64,000 nt of DNA from Geosiphon pyriformis uo1 (taxonomy: Eukaryota; Fungi; Glomeromycota): the NCBI GenBank assembly GCA_016748015.1, contig JAAOMT010000525.1:248001-312000 (forward strand), given 5' to 3'. Positions within the stretch are counted from its first letter, which is position 1, and each line of letters begins with the position of its first letter. The position numbers were made by a program, and so were the translations under genes. Shown here piece by piece: positions 11,182 through 26,784 of this stretch. Under the pieces are notes generated by a model. The model saw nothing but the letters and a program-made list of their open reading frames with translations, was not told the origin of the DNA and made no database searches.

Positions 11182-14100
11182 AATAAATCAAGTTGTAAAT
11201 GGAGAACTGCTCAAATTCATTCCTCAAAAAAAATTTTTTTTTTTTTGATTCATTTTCGAAAATCCCGTTTGTTAAACGATCGCTGCCAAGATTCATATAT
11301 TGAAAGAAAAGAAGGTAAAACTGGAGATTAGAAATCAGATATTCTCGCAAGTTCCCTCAAATGCAACGGCATGCGCGTCATTTAATCACAATGGAAATGC
11401 ATAACAGATATCAACATCATAGGGATTCATTAAAGATCGATCATTGATGTCGTATTGTTCTCATGATTACAACTACGCCAAATATCATTAGGATACCGTT
11501 CATTCGGATAATGTACCGTTCATTTATTCCATTTAGCCGTGAAATAAAGTTAGTTGGGGGAATATATATTTTTTTTTTTTTAGTCTCGGAGATCACCATC
11601 TGGCAGCTGATTTAGGTTCCTCATGAATAGCATTTGTTAGGAATGATTTTCATATTGCTAAAATTAAAAATGTTTAATAATAACCTGGGTACAACACAAA
11701 TCTCACGGTCACTGGCATGCTGTCAAATTATAATCAGTCAATAATAATAATGTCAATAACAAGTTGAATAAAAAAATATAATGAAATTTTGTTTCTGAAG
11801 AATATTCTATTTTATGAAGGTCTATTAAAAACAAGAATTTTTGAGACATTAAAAGTTCCTCGTCAAAGAAAAAGAGAGAAACTCCTTTAAAAAAAAACAA
11901 CAACAACAACCAGTGAAAAGAGATGTTAATAAACTGATTGATTATAATCTTTGGATGTGGAGGGATTAATTTCATTCACCTAAGGCTATGAAACGTGGTC
12001 CAAAAAATCAAATATACATTAATTTGGTAGCTTCGAGGAACCATCTTTTCTGAAAACTCTTATGTGCATGAGATGATAACTTGTCTCATTTTATGATTAT
12101 TCGAGATATGAAGAAGACGACGAAATTTAATCATCTTGTACGTGTAATCCTGGTTATTTTGATCAAAAAACCTTAAATTCCCAGTCTTTGGAATGAATTA
12201 ATCTAGTATATAATTGTGAAAATCTTTATTTATTTATTTATTTATTTTTTGAATATATGAAAATATAATTTTTTTTTTTGTGATCAGCTGCTGCTTTGAT
12301 TAACCAAAGCAATCACTTCATTAAAATTTAATTGTATCATCTTTTAATTTTTATTTTAATTAGAAAATTATGCCATTCCGTTTTCCAAATATTTAAAAGT
12401 TAATATTCGCCCAAACTTTATTTTATTATTAAAATTTTGTCACATTCTTGTTTAATAACCTTTAAAGAGTTTCTTTAATCCTGTAAGAAATGATTCGAAT
12501 TTCTATATCTTAAAAATATTATGTAATTATTTTCCAAAATGAGCAGCAAAAAATTTTCTTTTCATTTCCCCCTGAAAAAAAAATAGATCACATTCTAGAA
12601 ATCTAACCTGAATAATCATGCGAGATTTTCCCTTTCACCACCTTTGAGCATTTGAAAATTTATAAGCGAGGCGATGATTATTGTAAGTTCAAAAAATAAT
12701 TCACTCACAAAATTGTAATTAATTTGGATTAATTAGGAAATGAGTGGTTTATGCGAGAATTACAAACTTATACTGAAAGTTTGTTAGAATTTGGTTTTGA
12801 TTATCCGTTATTTGATCAATGAATTTTGAACAATGTAAAAATGTGATTGTATAGTTTTATCATTTTCAAGGGGACACAATGTTAATTTTTTCAAAAAAGT
12901 TGGGATTCTTTTGATCAATTTTATTTCATCATTCGATTAATAATATTTCTAAAATAAAGAGTTATTTTATTTTGAATAATTTACTCAATCACCCATTGTG
13001 TTATCAAAAGATTCCATTTTTGATACATTTTTTACTTTGAAAACAGCATGAGAAAATATTTTTCTTTTCTTTTGACCTGGAATAAAACAACAATATCAAG
13101 TAACCTAATATTCAAAATTTTATTCCTCCAATCGTTTCATCAGGTTTCTATTTGACTTTGAGGCTGAATTCAAGATATATGCCTAAGATGGTAAGGTCAA
13201 GTTGTAAAAAAAAAATAATAATAATTATTAGTATGATAGTTTTTTTGTCGTAGTTTACATCCTAATTATAAATTATCCAGATATCTAATATTTGTCAGCT
13301 GATATTTTTTATTAAAACAGAAAAAGTTACATTGATATTAGAAGCTTTCACAATAATCTGTTTTTGTTTTTTAGAATTTTCGTCAAAGCCTTTTGATATT
13401 AGAATTTGTGATTATCATATCTTTTTAACCATTTGTAATACAACTTTCAATTACCGCTTTTATCTCACAATAGAAAAAAATTTAGGAGAAAAACAGCAAT
13501 TTCAGGGGATCTTATTATTTAAAATAATAAACACACATAATGAGTTTAATCTCAAAAGTGATTTTGATTAATGTATTTTTGATCGAGGTGTTTTGATCGA
13601 AATGCTTAAACTGTTCCGAGGCCGAATTAAGATATAGAATTTTTTATAATATAATTAAAATCTTATAATTTTAAAACAAAAAAATAACATAATCTGATTA
13701 CAATACAAAAAATTCTTAAAAAAAAGTTTTTTGGCAATTATTACTGTTTTTAACCAATAACATTATTATTTTATTAGCATTCAGCATTTAATTATTGTTT
13801 TTTGTAATCATAAAAATTTTTAAGAATAAATTCTAGGGTTTTTAATTCCCATAATCAAAGCTCAATGGTTAATTTTTTATCATTCCAGTTTTTTTGTATT
13901 ATTTGAAATTTAAATCTAAAGAAAATAATAAAATTTATAATTAAAAAAACTATATTACTTAAAACCAAATAATTAAAAATTATTGCTTGCTTTTTTTTGT
14001 TTTGATTCAAAGTTTTTAACCAATTAAACAAGCTATAAATATTGATAATTTTGCTGATAATTTTATTAACAATATTTCAAATTTTATTTTATTTACCATA

Positions 14101-14979
14101 AAATATAAATATGATAATGAATTTTATTTTACAATAATCAGATTTATGTTTTAAAAAGTTTAGAATAATTACAAATCATTAAAAAAAAATTATAATAACT
14201 TATTTACTAAATATATAAAATCAATAAAACTCTTAAGTTAATTATTAAAAATTTTGGTAATTATTACAAAAAAGTTAAATAAAATTTTTATAAATTTATA
14301 TAATATTTGTTTTTAGTTTAAATTTTATTTTTTGGTTTATTATGACTTTAGTTTATCTTTAAATAGTTTTAAAGATTTATTTTTTAATAAATTTATATAT
14401 GGTCAAAAAAATTGTTTAATTAAAATAACTTACTTAATTTTATGGTTAAAAAGTATATTTTTGTAAAAAATAGCTTAATTAATTCTTTAAAACATTGTTA
14501 AATAATATAGTTTCTAAATAAAATTGTTTTAAATTACAGTTTTTAATTTGTGTTACAATTTTAAAAATATTTCTTTGAATTTTTAATATTAATGTATTTT
14601 ATTGTTAAATTAATAATTAAATTGAATATATTAATTAAATTATTAAACAGTATTTGTAATATTTATAAATTATTAACAAAATTTTAATATATTAATATCA
14701 TTTAAATCTTAATTAAAACAATATTATTTGTTATTAATTATGAATAAAATACTTAATTTAATATTTTTATAATTAAAAAACAATAAAATTTACTGTTAAA
14801 AAGTATATTTTATAATGAAAAAAAAGCTAATTTTTGAACTTAAAAATAGTATTAATAAGTATAAAAAAAAATTTTATTTGTTTTAAATAATTTAATAAAT
14901 TATTTTTGTAATTTATAAAATAAAACTACTAATATATATTAAGATTTGTAATGTTTTTTACATTTTATTATTAATATTT

Positions 14980-17860
14980 TATTTTAATTCAATTTTATTT
15001 AATCATAATTAATCTTATTAATATTATTATATTAGCTATCTTATTTTTAAAATTAGTTATTAATATAATTATTAACTTATTTATTAATTATTGATTAAAT
15101 TATTAATTTTTTTTAAGAATACATAAGCAAAACTCTTTAATACTATATAAAAATATAAAATTTAAATTAAAGCTTTAAACAAAAATCAATACAATAATAT
15201 CAATTTTTTTGTTTTTTTTGTTTTTTTTTTCTTAATTTATATAAATATTAATTTTTGTAAAATATATTAAATAAATATTTATTAAAAAACATAACTAATA
15301 TCTAATATTAAATTCTAAAAATATTAACATAAAATAAAGAATTATAATAATGTATTATTTTTTATTAACAATATAAACTATCTTTCTATTTAAAAAATTT
15401 TTTGTTATCTTTTAGAAAAATAGCAACCAAATTATTTATAAGACTAATTTGTTTATTAAAGTTAAATTACTATTTTATTATTTTTATTGTTGTATAATAC
15501 TGTTTTTTTTTGCTATTTATTAATATATTATATTTAATTATAACATAAAAGTAATGCTTTTTATAAAGTTATTAAACTATTGAATTTATTTACTATTATA
15601 TAAGTAATTACTTTTTTTTAGCACAAAAAATCAAAATTTATTTTATTGTTTATAATTAAAATAATTTATTTTATATTAAACTTGATTTTTTTCTATTTTT
15701 AACCAATTTTTTTTTAAGTTTAAAATTCTAAATCAACAAATTTATAATTAAATAATTGATTGTTAATTGATTAAAACTTTTGTAAAAATTAAAAACAAAA
15801 AAATTATTAAATTATTTCTATTTTTAAACTCTTTTAAAACAATTTAAATTTTTTATTTCAAATTTCAACAACTATTATTATCTTTACTAAAACATATATA
15901 TTACTTGTTTTTCAAAATATCCAAATTATTTTAAGTTACTAAAATATAAATTTCTTATTTTTATTTAGTAAAAACTTTTAAGATTCAATAAAATAATTCA
16001 AAAACTTTAAAAAAACTGTTATTATAAGCTAGTATAATAATAATTATAAGTTTTAAATTGCTAAAAAATATTTTTAAAATTTCTGGCGGTATAGTTTACT
16101 TAAAAAATTGCTGATAAAATTGTTCAAAAAATTGTTTAATAGTTTTTTATAAATATTAGTTAAAATAAAATTTTTTTACCACCAGATTTAAAAAAAATTC
16201 AAAACTATAATATTAATATTTAAGTAAAATTTAGATTAAAACAAAAAATACAAGAATTAAAAAAACTTGTTATTAAATATGCTAAAACAATTTAAAAGTT
16301 AATAAAACAAAAAGATTTAAGAAAAAACTAAACAAAAAAACAAAAAATTTAATTTTTACCAAAAATTTACAAACAAATTTATTATATGTTCTATGATTTA
16401 TTTTTGTTATAAAAAATAATTTAACATTAAATATATATAGAAAATAACCAAAAAATATACTTAAAAATATTTTTTTATCTTAAATATTTGTTTTAATTTT
16501 AATTTTTGTTTTTTAAATAACTGCCATATTTTTTATCACTTATGTTTAAAATTTTAATAAACAATTAATAAACAGATTAATTACGGATTTTGTTAGATTC
16601 TTGAAATCTTAAGCTCAAATTATTTAAAAAAAAATTAAAGTTTTTAAAAATTTTAATATTAATTTTATTATAATTAGCTACAACAATATTAATATAATTT
16701 ATTTAAAAACCAAAAATTTTCAGTCTGTTATTAATACAAAAATACTGACTATATAGCATAAAATTAAACAATTTTTCTATGGTTTTACTAAATAATAATT
16801 AAAAGAATAATAAAAACAATAATAATTATGCTTCTAATTAAATTTATATTAACTTTTTTGAAGAAATTTTTTAATTAAAACAATGGAATATTAGTTTTAA
16901 ATTAATAAACACATTTTTTAAGAATAAAAATACAAACTAAGAGAAAAACAAATTTTTGTTTACTTTAAATTTAATTAATAATGATATAGAATTATAAAAG
17001 CAAAATAGCGAACTATTTAGTAAAATTTAATCCAAAAAATTGAAAATAAACTTTAATATAGATTTTAGTACTATTATTACAATATTTAAAAACAAGAATA
17101 AAGTCCTAAAATTAAAATTGTTTAGAAATTAAATTTTTTTTTAATAATAAAAAATTTAATAAAAACTTTAGCATATATTATTTTTAAACAGTTCATAATA
17201 TATTTACAGTTCCAAAAAATCTTTAAAAAATTATTGATATTTAAAAAAAATCAACTTAAAATCAACAAATATTTTTAATAAATAACTTTTGTTCTTAATA
17301 ATAATATTATTTCTCTAAATTTAATATTAAAAATTAGTTTATTAGTTAATATAATAGCTTAATATTTTTTAAATATAATTAAAAAAAAGTTAATAAATTA
17401 TTAACTAAACTAATAATTAATATTTATAATAAATATAATAATAATAATAATTTTAATATTATTAAAGCTATTTTAATTTAAATTAATAAAGTATGTATTA
17501 AAATTAATAAAAATATTAAAATTCAAAGATTATATTATAATCATAAAAAATAAATAATTAAAAAAAACAAAAGCTTTTTTAAATTACAAACTATATAAAC
17601 TTATAATTTATAATAAAATTAAATTAATTATAATTAAATACCAATATTAAACAATGTTTTTAGAAATAATTTAATAATTATTACAATAGCAAAATAATTA
17701 TAATAATAATTTTAATAATTTTGAAAACTTTAAAATAAAAAAAGCCAAATTGGCATTTATTATTTTTAGCAATAATTAAATTTTTTACATAATATGCAAA
17801 AATTAACAAAACTTTTGTAATTAATAAAAAACTTAGCTATTAATCTTATTATTATTTTTT
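14980..17860 (+). mobile_element. Heavily eroded Gypsy relic (LTR + gag/protease) related to the 27969 element
   Basis: 15010-15110 resembles the U3 start and 12-bp repeats of the 27969 LTR. 16520-16620 aligns with gag at ~29915-30020 after C>T/G>A erosion. Boundaries are approximate. Confidence 0.55.
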
Positions 17861-17869
17861 TATTAACTT

Positions 17870-20130
17870 TTAATGAGTGAGACCCAAAAGCTACCTAGAA
17901 CAATATATTAAAGAATTAATTTAAACTAGGCATTAATCATGTACTTTCTACACATGACTAGTCATTTAAACCAGTCAAAAACACACTATACTGATGCTAC
18001 AAAAGAAAACTTATCCAAAGACAACATCTTTTAAATAACAAAAAACAAAGTTGTACTACAAGATACCAAACCAACTAGTCACTTAGTAGTTTTAAAGAGA
18101 TTAGTTTTAACATCAACAGACTTATGTTCCCAAAGAGACATCAAGTTGAAAAACATCTCATCACTAACAACAGGCAGAAGCTCTGAATCACCAGACATAT
18201 CAATGTCCTCTATGTAGCATTCCTTTTTTAAAGAAACTACTTCTCTTTCTAACTTATCAACAGTTCTACTAAAAAAACTCATATGCACCAAAATCTTATT
18301 GATCTTAAGATCAAGAGCACTACTTAAAACCAAATTATTATTAATAAACTGTTCAAAAGTTGTAACCAAAGAGCCAATAGACTTAACAATAGACTTAACC
18401 AAAGCAGAAAGTTTAGTTAAATCAGATTCTAAAGAAGACAATCAGAACAGCACCAAAAGATCACTAAAAATAACTGGAGAAGAAACAAAAGGTAACAGAA
18501 GTGGAAATTCAGGAGAGTTCAAAGAAGCAGAAGTCTTGGCATAAGATTTGGAACCAACAAAGTGTGGTGTAAACACCTTAGAAAACTTGAGAGGGGGAGA
18601 TAGAGAAATCTTACAGTCTGTAGCCAGATGGTCCAGCTCTTAATACTTGAAACAATACTGACAACTAGGAGTTTCTTACCAAATACAGCATTTCCTTAGT
18701 GTACTAGTTTTGACAATAGTAGAGTCCAAATCAGCTTGGGAATCAAATGTAACCAAAGCAAACTGGAAATAATGACCAGACTCAGGAAAATGAGGAATAA
18801 AACATGTTCAACCACTTACTTAAGAAATCATATCACTAATTTCAAAAGCTGTGCATCTAGAAAGAAGATTGACCAACTTGGTCTTAAACTTATTATGAGA
18901 CAAAATAGTCTTATTTGATTTACCAGAAAGAGGATTCTAATACTATCCTTGCCTATTAAAACTGATTAATGATTCAAAGCAGATATAGCAAAGTCTAATT
19001 TCTCAAAATAAACCACCACATACTGCCAAATGCCAGCAGGTTTTAACACAACACAAATAATACTAACAAACACACTAAGAGTCATCTTAATGTCAATAGT
19101 AAACATATTTAAGAGCACATCATGCAATACAACAGCAGTAAAAGGAGAACCAGACTCAAAAATCACCAAAAACTTGGCAATTTTGAGAGTGGCCAAATGT
19201 ACAGAGCTTGTAAGCTTAACCAAAAATGCAGTTTCTAAAGATACTTAAAAAGCAAACTCTACACAAAACAGCTTTACATTGTTTTTTAATACTGACTTTA
19301 CACCCAAAAAACCATGTACTGACTGAAAAACAGCCTTAACATAAGCCAATTTGATCTTAAAAGTAGCACCAAGTACCAGAGTAGAGGTCACCCACCCAGC
19401 AAATTTTTGACAACTAGTAATAGTTTTCCAAGTACCATCAAAAGTAGTACCAAAAACTAAAAGAGGAAATAATTCAGTTTCTATTTGATTAACCCAATTC
19501 CTAAGAACAGGTGACTTAACAGAAGAAGATTGCTTTGCTTCTAAAACTGGCAATGATTTGCTAAAAGACACCACATTCAGCAACACAGCTAGTGGTTGAT
19601 CTTGGCTTATCTTGGACAACATACTGGATGATGCTATAGAGATTTCATTGGGAATCACAAAGGAGTTTGGTGTAATAATAGCAGAGGCAAGTGACTGTTC
19701 CCACTTTTCTGAACTTTTGGTCTTTTTGACCATTTTTTTGAAAAGGTAGTGCTAACAGCACCAGGTGTTAAATCTATGGAAGGAAAAACCAGGTTATTTA
19801 CTGATCTATTATTAAAAACTTTTAGGCTCTTAGTTAAAGTGGAAGCAACACTGGAACTAGCCCAAGTGTGTCTCTTTGAGGGAACTTTGACTGATAAAAA
19901 ACCAGCCAAAGATGAGAAAGTTGCTTTAGTGTTTACCAAAGACAGCTTATTATGATTACTGAGTAAAAAGAAGGCTTCTAAAACGTTTTGTCTAGTTGTT
20001 TCTACAACAAAGAGAACTTTTCTGGTTGAAATTTTATTAGATATCTTAGAACAGATATTAGGTACAGCTTTTCTACTCTTTGCTCTGGTTTTGGTCATAA
20101 AATTAAAGAAACAAAGAGTTATATTTTCTT
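17870..20130 (-). mobile_element. ORF1-only non-autonomous LINE derivative (HAL1-like), degraded
   Basis: A broken ORF from ATG 20098 to ~17988 has RRM-like segments and a degenerate CCHC knuckle (~18655-18615). It is followed directly by a 3' tail homologous to that of the full LINE (37095-37148). No endonuclease or RT is present. Confidence 0.65.
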
Positions 20131-20759
20131 ATTACAATATGCTTAAAAATGTGTTTAAATAAAATAAAATAAAACTGTTAATAATATGGCTTTTGTATTT
20201 AATATTTATATAATTATGTTTTCTATTTTTTAAATAATAAATATAAATTATGTCTAATTTTTATAGAAATTAGAAACTAATTAATTTAATTCTTAATAAA
20301 AAATTAAAGCTGTACAAAAAATATTTAAAAAAGTATTCAAAGTTCAATTTTTAATTATTAAACAAAAATATCTTTTAAAAAAACAGAAAAATTAATATCA
20401 AAAATCTATTAATCAAAAATAATGCAATAATATTAAAAAAAAAAATTTTTTAGATAAACTAATTTTATTTAACATGTAATTAAAATAAAAATAGTTATCT
20501 TAACTATTTAAAGTTATATTAATTAAATTATTAAATTATTAAAATAATAAGTTTATCAAAAATAAATAAATTAAATAGAAAAGCTTATATAAAAAACGAA
20601 AAGTAAATATATATTTTCAGTTGTAATAATATTTAAAAAAAAACTTTACAATTTTACATTAATTATTACAATTTTTAAATAAAATATATACTTATTTCTA
20701 AAAATTAACAACACTTTTAATAAATTTAACTATTAGATTTTGGTAAATAAAAATGAATT

Positions 20760-21600
20760 TTGCTAGCAGAAAAAAAATCACATTTTTTATAAAATATAAC
20801 TTACAAATTTATAGTTATGTCTTTTAAATTAACAAATATTCTACTTATTTTTTAAAAATTAATAGATAAAATATTTAAACCAATATATTATAAGTTTATT
20901 TTAACATATTTCAATAATATTATTATGATTAAATATAATATATTAATAAATAGTAAAAAAGAACAGTATTGTATAATAATAAAAATAATAAAAGAATAAT
21001 TCAACTTTAATAAGCAAATTAAATTAGTAAGGATACAATATGTAAAAATAGTCTTATAAATATTTTAGTCATTATTCTTTTCAAAAAATAACAAAAAAAT
21101 CTAAAAATAGAAGAATAGTTTATATTGTCAACAAAAAATAATATACTAATATAATTTTGTATTTTATATAAGTATTTTTACAATATTAGATATCAATTGT
21201 ACTTTTTAATAAATGTTTATTCAATATACTTTATAAAAATTAACAATTATACAAATTAAAAAAAAAAAAAGAAAATAAATAGTAAAAAGAAAATAAAAAA
21301 GTTGATATTATTATATTGATCTTTGTTTTAAATAAATTTTTGATTAATATATAAATGTATTTCTACAACTTTAAAAAATTTTACTTATATACTTTTGAAA
21401 AAAGATTAATAATTAAATTAGTAATTACATTAATAATTTAATTAATAATTAAGTTAATAATTGGATTAATAATTAAGTTAATAATTAAATTAATAATCAA
21501 ATTATTGATCAAATTAATAATTATATTATTGATTATTTTTAAAAATAAGATAGCTAATTAATAATATTAATAATAATACATGTAATTAACTATAATTAAA
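20760..21600 (-). mobile_element. Eroded LTR relic; related copies at ~14980-15700 (+), ~55800-56460 (-) and ~61980-62900 (-)
   Basis: Shared blocks (e.g. 20931-21060 vs 62291-62410, and the reverse complement of 15430-15540). 21530-21590 is the eroded reverse complement of the 27969 LTR start. Confidence 0.6.
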
Positions 21601-24600
21601 TAAATAAAAAATAAAAGTTTTAAAAATAACAATATTATTGTTTACTCAAAAACATAAATAAATATTTGGATTATTTTTAACAAATCATTAATTTTTTCAA
21701 AAATACTTAACTTAAAATTAATTCAATAAAATCATTTTTTAAATAACAATTTACTTAGTTTATAGAATATTTTATAATAAAAAATAAAATTTTTTTGGAT
21801 TTAGCCAAAATAAAAAAAGTACAAAAACTTAAATACTTAATAAATTTACAATATTACAATCTTTTTTGAACTACTTTTTTATTATTAAAAATTTTTCTGA
21901 AATTGCATATTTATTTATAAAATAATATTAAAAACTTTCAAAAAAACTGACTTTTAAATTAATATTAAAGCAGCTTAATTTTAACAAGTTTTTTATTTTT
22001 TATACTAAAATTTTAATGTTTTTCTTAATACTATCTTATCATAAAAAATAATAAAAAAAAAAAACATATTATAATATATAAAATAAAACTATTTAACAAG
22101 CTAAAAAGAATTACATTATTGTTAAAACAAAAAAATTTCTATTAAATTATATATTTGTATAAATATAATTATAAATTCAAGTATTACAAAAAAAACAATT
22201 AAAACACAAAAATTTTATTTTAATTGATTATTTAATAAGAAAAATAATTGATATTAACCAATTATTTTAAATTAAACACAGTAATAAATTTAAAAACTAT
22301 TTAATATTTATGAATTTTTAAATAAAAAACAAAATTAATCAAAATACAATTAAAAATAAAAAAAGCATTTGCAAAACAATTAAATTATATTAAAAAACCA
22401 AAAAAATTTTGATTAATTTTAAAGAATTATTTAATTTAAGAAAAAAAATTTTGATATAATATACACACTAATTTTTTTAGTATGATATTTCAAAAAAACA
22501 AAAATAAATTAAAAGATATTAAGAAAATATTATTTATTGATTATAAAAAATATATTAGAGAATACATTAAAATCTGTAATATTTATTAATAAAAAAATAA
22601 ATCCAATTAAAAAAATATTTAACCAAATAACTATTTTAATTGTTGATTTTATATATATATAAAATTATATATAAATATTAAATAGAATTACTTTTAAATA
22701 AAATAAAGAATTGTTTTTAGTTTATTGATAGAAATTTTTTTAAAAAAACAAACTTTTTTATTATTATTATTTATAAACAAATAGATTAATAAATATTTTA
22801 ACAGATTGCTATGTAAAATTTTAATAAAAACCAATAAAAAAAACAAACTTATAAAATAAAATTTTGTTTTTACCATTTTTTGTTTATTAAACAATAAATT
22901 ATTATATAATTAATTATAAATTTTTCTACTTATTATAAGTTAAATTAATAAAAATTCAGCTTTTAATATAATTAAATAAGTTAATTGGATTTAATAATAG
23001 TTTGGTTTTTTTTAATAATTGGTTTGTAAAACTAATTGATTGTTAAAATTATTTTTGTTGTTAATTAAGTAAAAATAATTTAAAAATATAAATTTGTTTA
23101 ATTATATTAATTTTCTGGCTGGTATTTATATTTTTAAACTAATAATAATTGTTTATAGTATTATTACATTAATAATCTTGGTAAATAATAATTTTATAAT
23201 CATAATTAATAATAAAATTGGAATTGTTTTTACTAATTTTATTTTTTTTTACAATTTATTTTTCTAATTTTTAAAAATAACAATAGAAAATTGTTTTAAT
23301 TTTAATATTAATTAATGAAATGATTATCAATTTTTTTTAGTTGTAAGACTTGTTTTTTTTTATAGTTAAATTAACAAGTTTTGTGTTAATTTGTTTTTTT
23401 ATAACTATTTTGTTGATTTTAATATATTAAATTTTTTAAGAAGTTTGTCTTTTAATTTTGCAATAAATTAGTTAAGAATTTAAATATTAAAATAATTATT
23501 ATTGTTTTTAACTGTTTAATATTTTAAAAAATTTGTTAAATTTTCTAAAATTAATAGTAACAGATTTAAAAAAATTTTGTTTAATAATTTAAATTAATTT
23601 TGAAGAGTAATAAAAATATAATTATTAATAAATTGATTAATAAAAACAGTTTTAAATATTTGTTATTTAGCAGAAAAAATGGCTATAATTTCAATATATT
23701 TGTCTGTTATTCTTTAAAAAAAATAGGATATTGATTTTAATGTTCTGGTTTTTGTCTTTTTATTAATATATATTGCTTTTATTATATATTAAATCATTTT
23801 TAAAAACTAGTTTTAATTTTTATTTGAAAATTTAGAAGTTTTTGTTTTATTTTTATTTTTTAAATAAGTTCAGAAATGTTTTTGGCAATTTTTGGTTTTT
23901 ATTTTTTTTGGTTTTTTGAATAAATACTTTGTTGTTGTTTTTTAAATAGTCAATTAAGCTAATAATAAAATGAATTAGTTTTTTGTTGTTAAATTAAGTT
24001 TTTTGGTAATGTAAACTCTTCTGGTATTAAAAAGCAAACAAGCAATGAATTAAGTATTTAAGTTTAAACAAATAATTTTAAAAATAATATGATTAAAAGT
24101 GATAGGTTTTTATTAGTTTTTTGTTTAAGTATTTGAAATTATTTAATAGTTATTTCTGAAATATTGTGTATTGTTTAAACAAGATTTCGAATTTTTTTGT
24201 TTTTTGTTATTGCTGTTTTCTGTTTTAATTTTAATTTAAGTAAAAATTATTGTTTAATTAAATATTTTTTTTTATAAAACTTTACAATGTTTTAATCAAG
24301 TTTTTAAAAGTAAGTTTGATAAATACCAGAATTAATAGTTTCTATTTTTATTATTAAATAATAAATTAAGTTTTAAAAAGATTGTGTTTTATTTTTGTAT
24401 TATTGTAATTTTCAAATAAATAGTTGTTAATTTAATTTTCAAAATATTTGTAAAGTGTTTTTTTACAACTAAAATTTTATTAAATTTTAAAATTTATGCT
24501 TATAGTAAGTATAAATTAACAAATAGTATTTTAAAACTATTATGTTAAAAATATTTACTATTTTTTTTGCTGTGTTAAAATTTTAAAAGAATATTAAATG

Positions 24601-24888
24601 TTATTAAAGATATTAGTCATTATTTTTAATGTTGTTAATACTAAATTTATAGTAAATAATATTATTAATAAAAGTTTTTGACTTTTTAATAAGTTATGTA
24701 TTTTCAAAGTATTTTTTTATAATTTAAATCTTGTATAATATTAAGTTTATTAATTTTATGCCAATAACTTTTATGTAATTACTTTAATAATTTAAAGTTT
24801 ATTTTTTTACAAATAATTTTAATTATATACTTTTCAATAAATAAAATAAAAAAATAAAAATAATTTAATAATATAGTAAAGTAGAAAT

Positions 24889-25975
24889 TAAAGCTCTGAA
24901 AAAGTCGAATCAACTTTTTTTGACTTGGTACTTAATTTGTAAAAGTTAAATTCGAGTTATAAATATTTTGATTCAGAATAATATGAGTTAAAATCTCATG
25001 ACTTGACTTAACTTGCCAAGTTTTATATATAGTTGATTAAATCTTAATTTAACTTTTTTTAACTTAAAAAATAACAAATAATCAAAATAATATATTTGTT
25101 CCTGAAAATAATATGTTTAATAATAATATTAAAATAGATACTATTGTTACTATGATTAAAAAAAAGAAATAAATATGGGTTTAGAATCTTTATAAACAAA
25201 CAAAATATGTTTATTTCTTAAACAGACTTCCAATTTCTGATATTTAACAACATTTTTTTTTGGTTATTATGCATTATTCTTTTTTTATAGTTGTAATAAA
25301 GCAAAGAATTAATTTTATTAATAAAAGTATAAACTTAATTATTTACAACTACAAGCATTAATAAATATAAATCTACTTAATAATTTTACAGTTTTAAATA
25401 ATTTTTTCAATTTTTTTATTATCAAGAACTTATATATATTATTGTAAAAAAAATAATAATTACAAAATAGAAAATATTAGTATTTTAGATATTTTCTTTA
25501 TTAAATACTCTGATAACAACTAAAATAACTTTTTTTTATAATTAAAAATTCATATATACTTTTTTTTTAATTAATAGTTGGAATTATTTACATATTAACA
25601 CTATTTATCTGTCCAAAACTCGAACTTTAAGAACTTATAACCATAATATTTATATTGTTAATACTATTTTTTATAGATAAAAAAAGTTATTAATAATAAA
25701 ACAAAGCTTTAGAATAATTAAGTACTTAATATTTACTAATAATAAACATAAAATTCATCTTTATTTATCATAATTTATAGTTTTTTTATAAATTGAATAT
25801 TATTTTTTCTATTGATTGAAAATCTAATAAAATCTTTATATATAACCAATAATGAATCGAGTTGAATTATAGGTAACTAAACTTAACTCAATTTCTTAAA
25901 AATAAAATTTTTTTAAGTTGAGTCTAAGCCAGATCAAAACTCGATTCAACTCGACTCAACTTGTTAAGAGCTTTA
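24889..25975 (+). mobile_element. Non-autonomous hAT-like DNA transposon/MITE, copy 1 (~1.09 kb)
   Basis: TIRs TAAAGCTCT..AGAGCTTTA, subterminal GAGTC/GACTC-like repeats, and 8-bp TSD-like flanks. Confidence 0.75.
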
Positions 25976-26784
25976 ATTATTCCCAATAAAATTATTATTT
26001 AAACTTATAAATTCAAATTATTATTGTTATTATCAAATCTATTAATAATTATTCTGTATTAGCAAATACTAAAGACATATTATTATTAATTATTACTAAG
26101 ATACTAATTTCTTATTTTTTATTTTATTATTTTTGTTATTAAGTTACTTATAAAAAAACTAGTATTAAAAAATATAATATTATGAATAATAATTTGTAAA
26201 AAATGCACATTATAAGTATAAAATTAATTTATTAAAGTTGAATAGCTTACTAAAAAAATAAAAATGAGAACAGACTTGTCAAAAAAAGCAAAAAATGTTA
26301 AATACTAATATTACCAGATGAAATTTGAATTACTAAAAACATAAAATTATTCTTATAAGTTTTGCTATTAATTAATATATATTATTAATTTCGATTTTAT
26401 TTTTTATTATTAGCCAAATCATTAATTATTATTATTTAATTAATAATTAAAAATATTTATTAGTTTACTAAAATATACAGTTAGTTTTCAAAATTTATAA
26501 AAATATTAACAAAAAAAGAGTATTAAAACTCGAAATAGTATTATAACTAAATATACATAAAAAAAACTTCTTTTTTCGAAACAATAAATCTTATCTTAAA
26601 AATATTAATTTTTTAATTAGTTATTATAAATCAATAAAATAAAATCATTATTGAAAAAATCAAACTTTTTCATAAATATTTTCTTTAAAATTAATTATTT
26701 TTGGTTAATATTTTGAAATTAATTAGTTACCAATTTCAGTAGACCAAATTAGTTTTTTTTAGATTTGCAAAGAATTATTTCTAC

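Noticed and set aside
21600-24880. Extremely AT-rich DNA as organellar insertion, centromere or genes (also 13600-14980 and 54600-57300)
   Set aside because: No organellar genes are recognisable and the short ORFs are low-complexity. The texture and patches of similarity fit eroded retroelements. A centromeric role cannot be judged from sequence.
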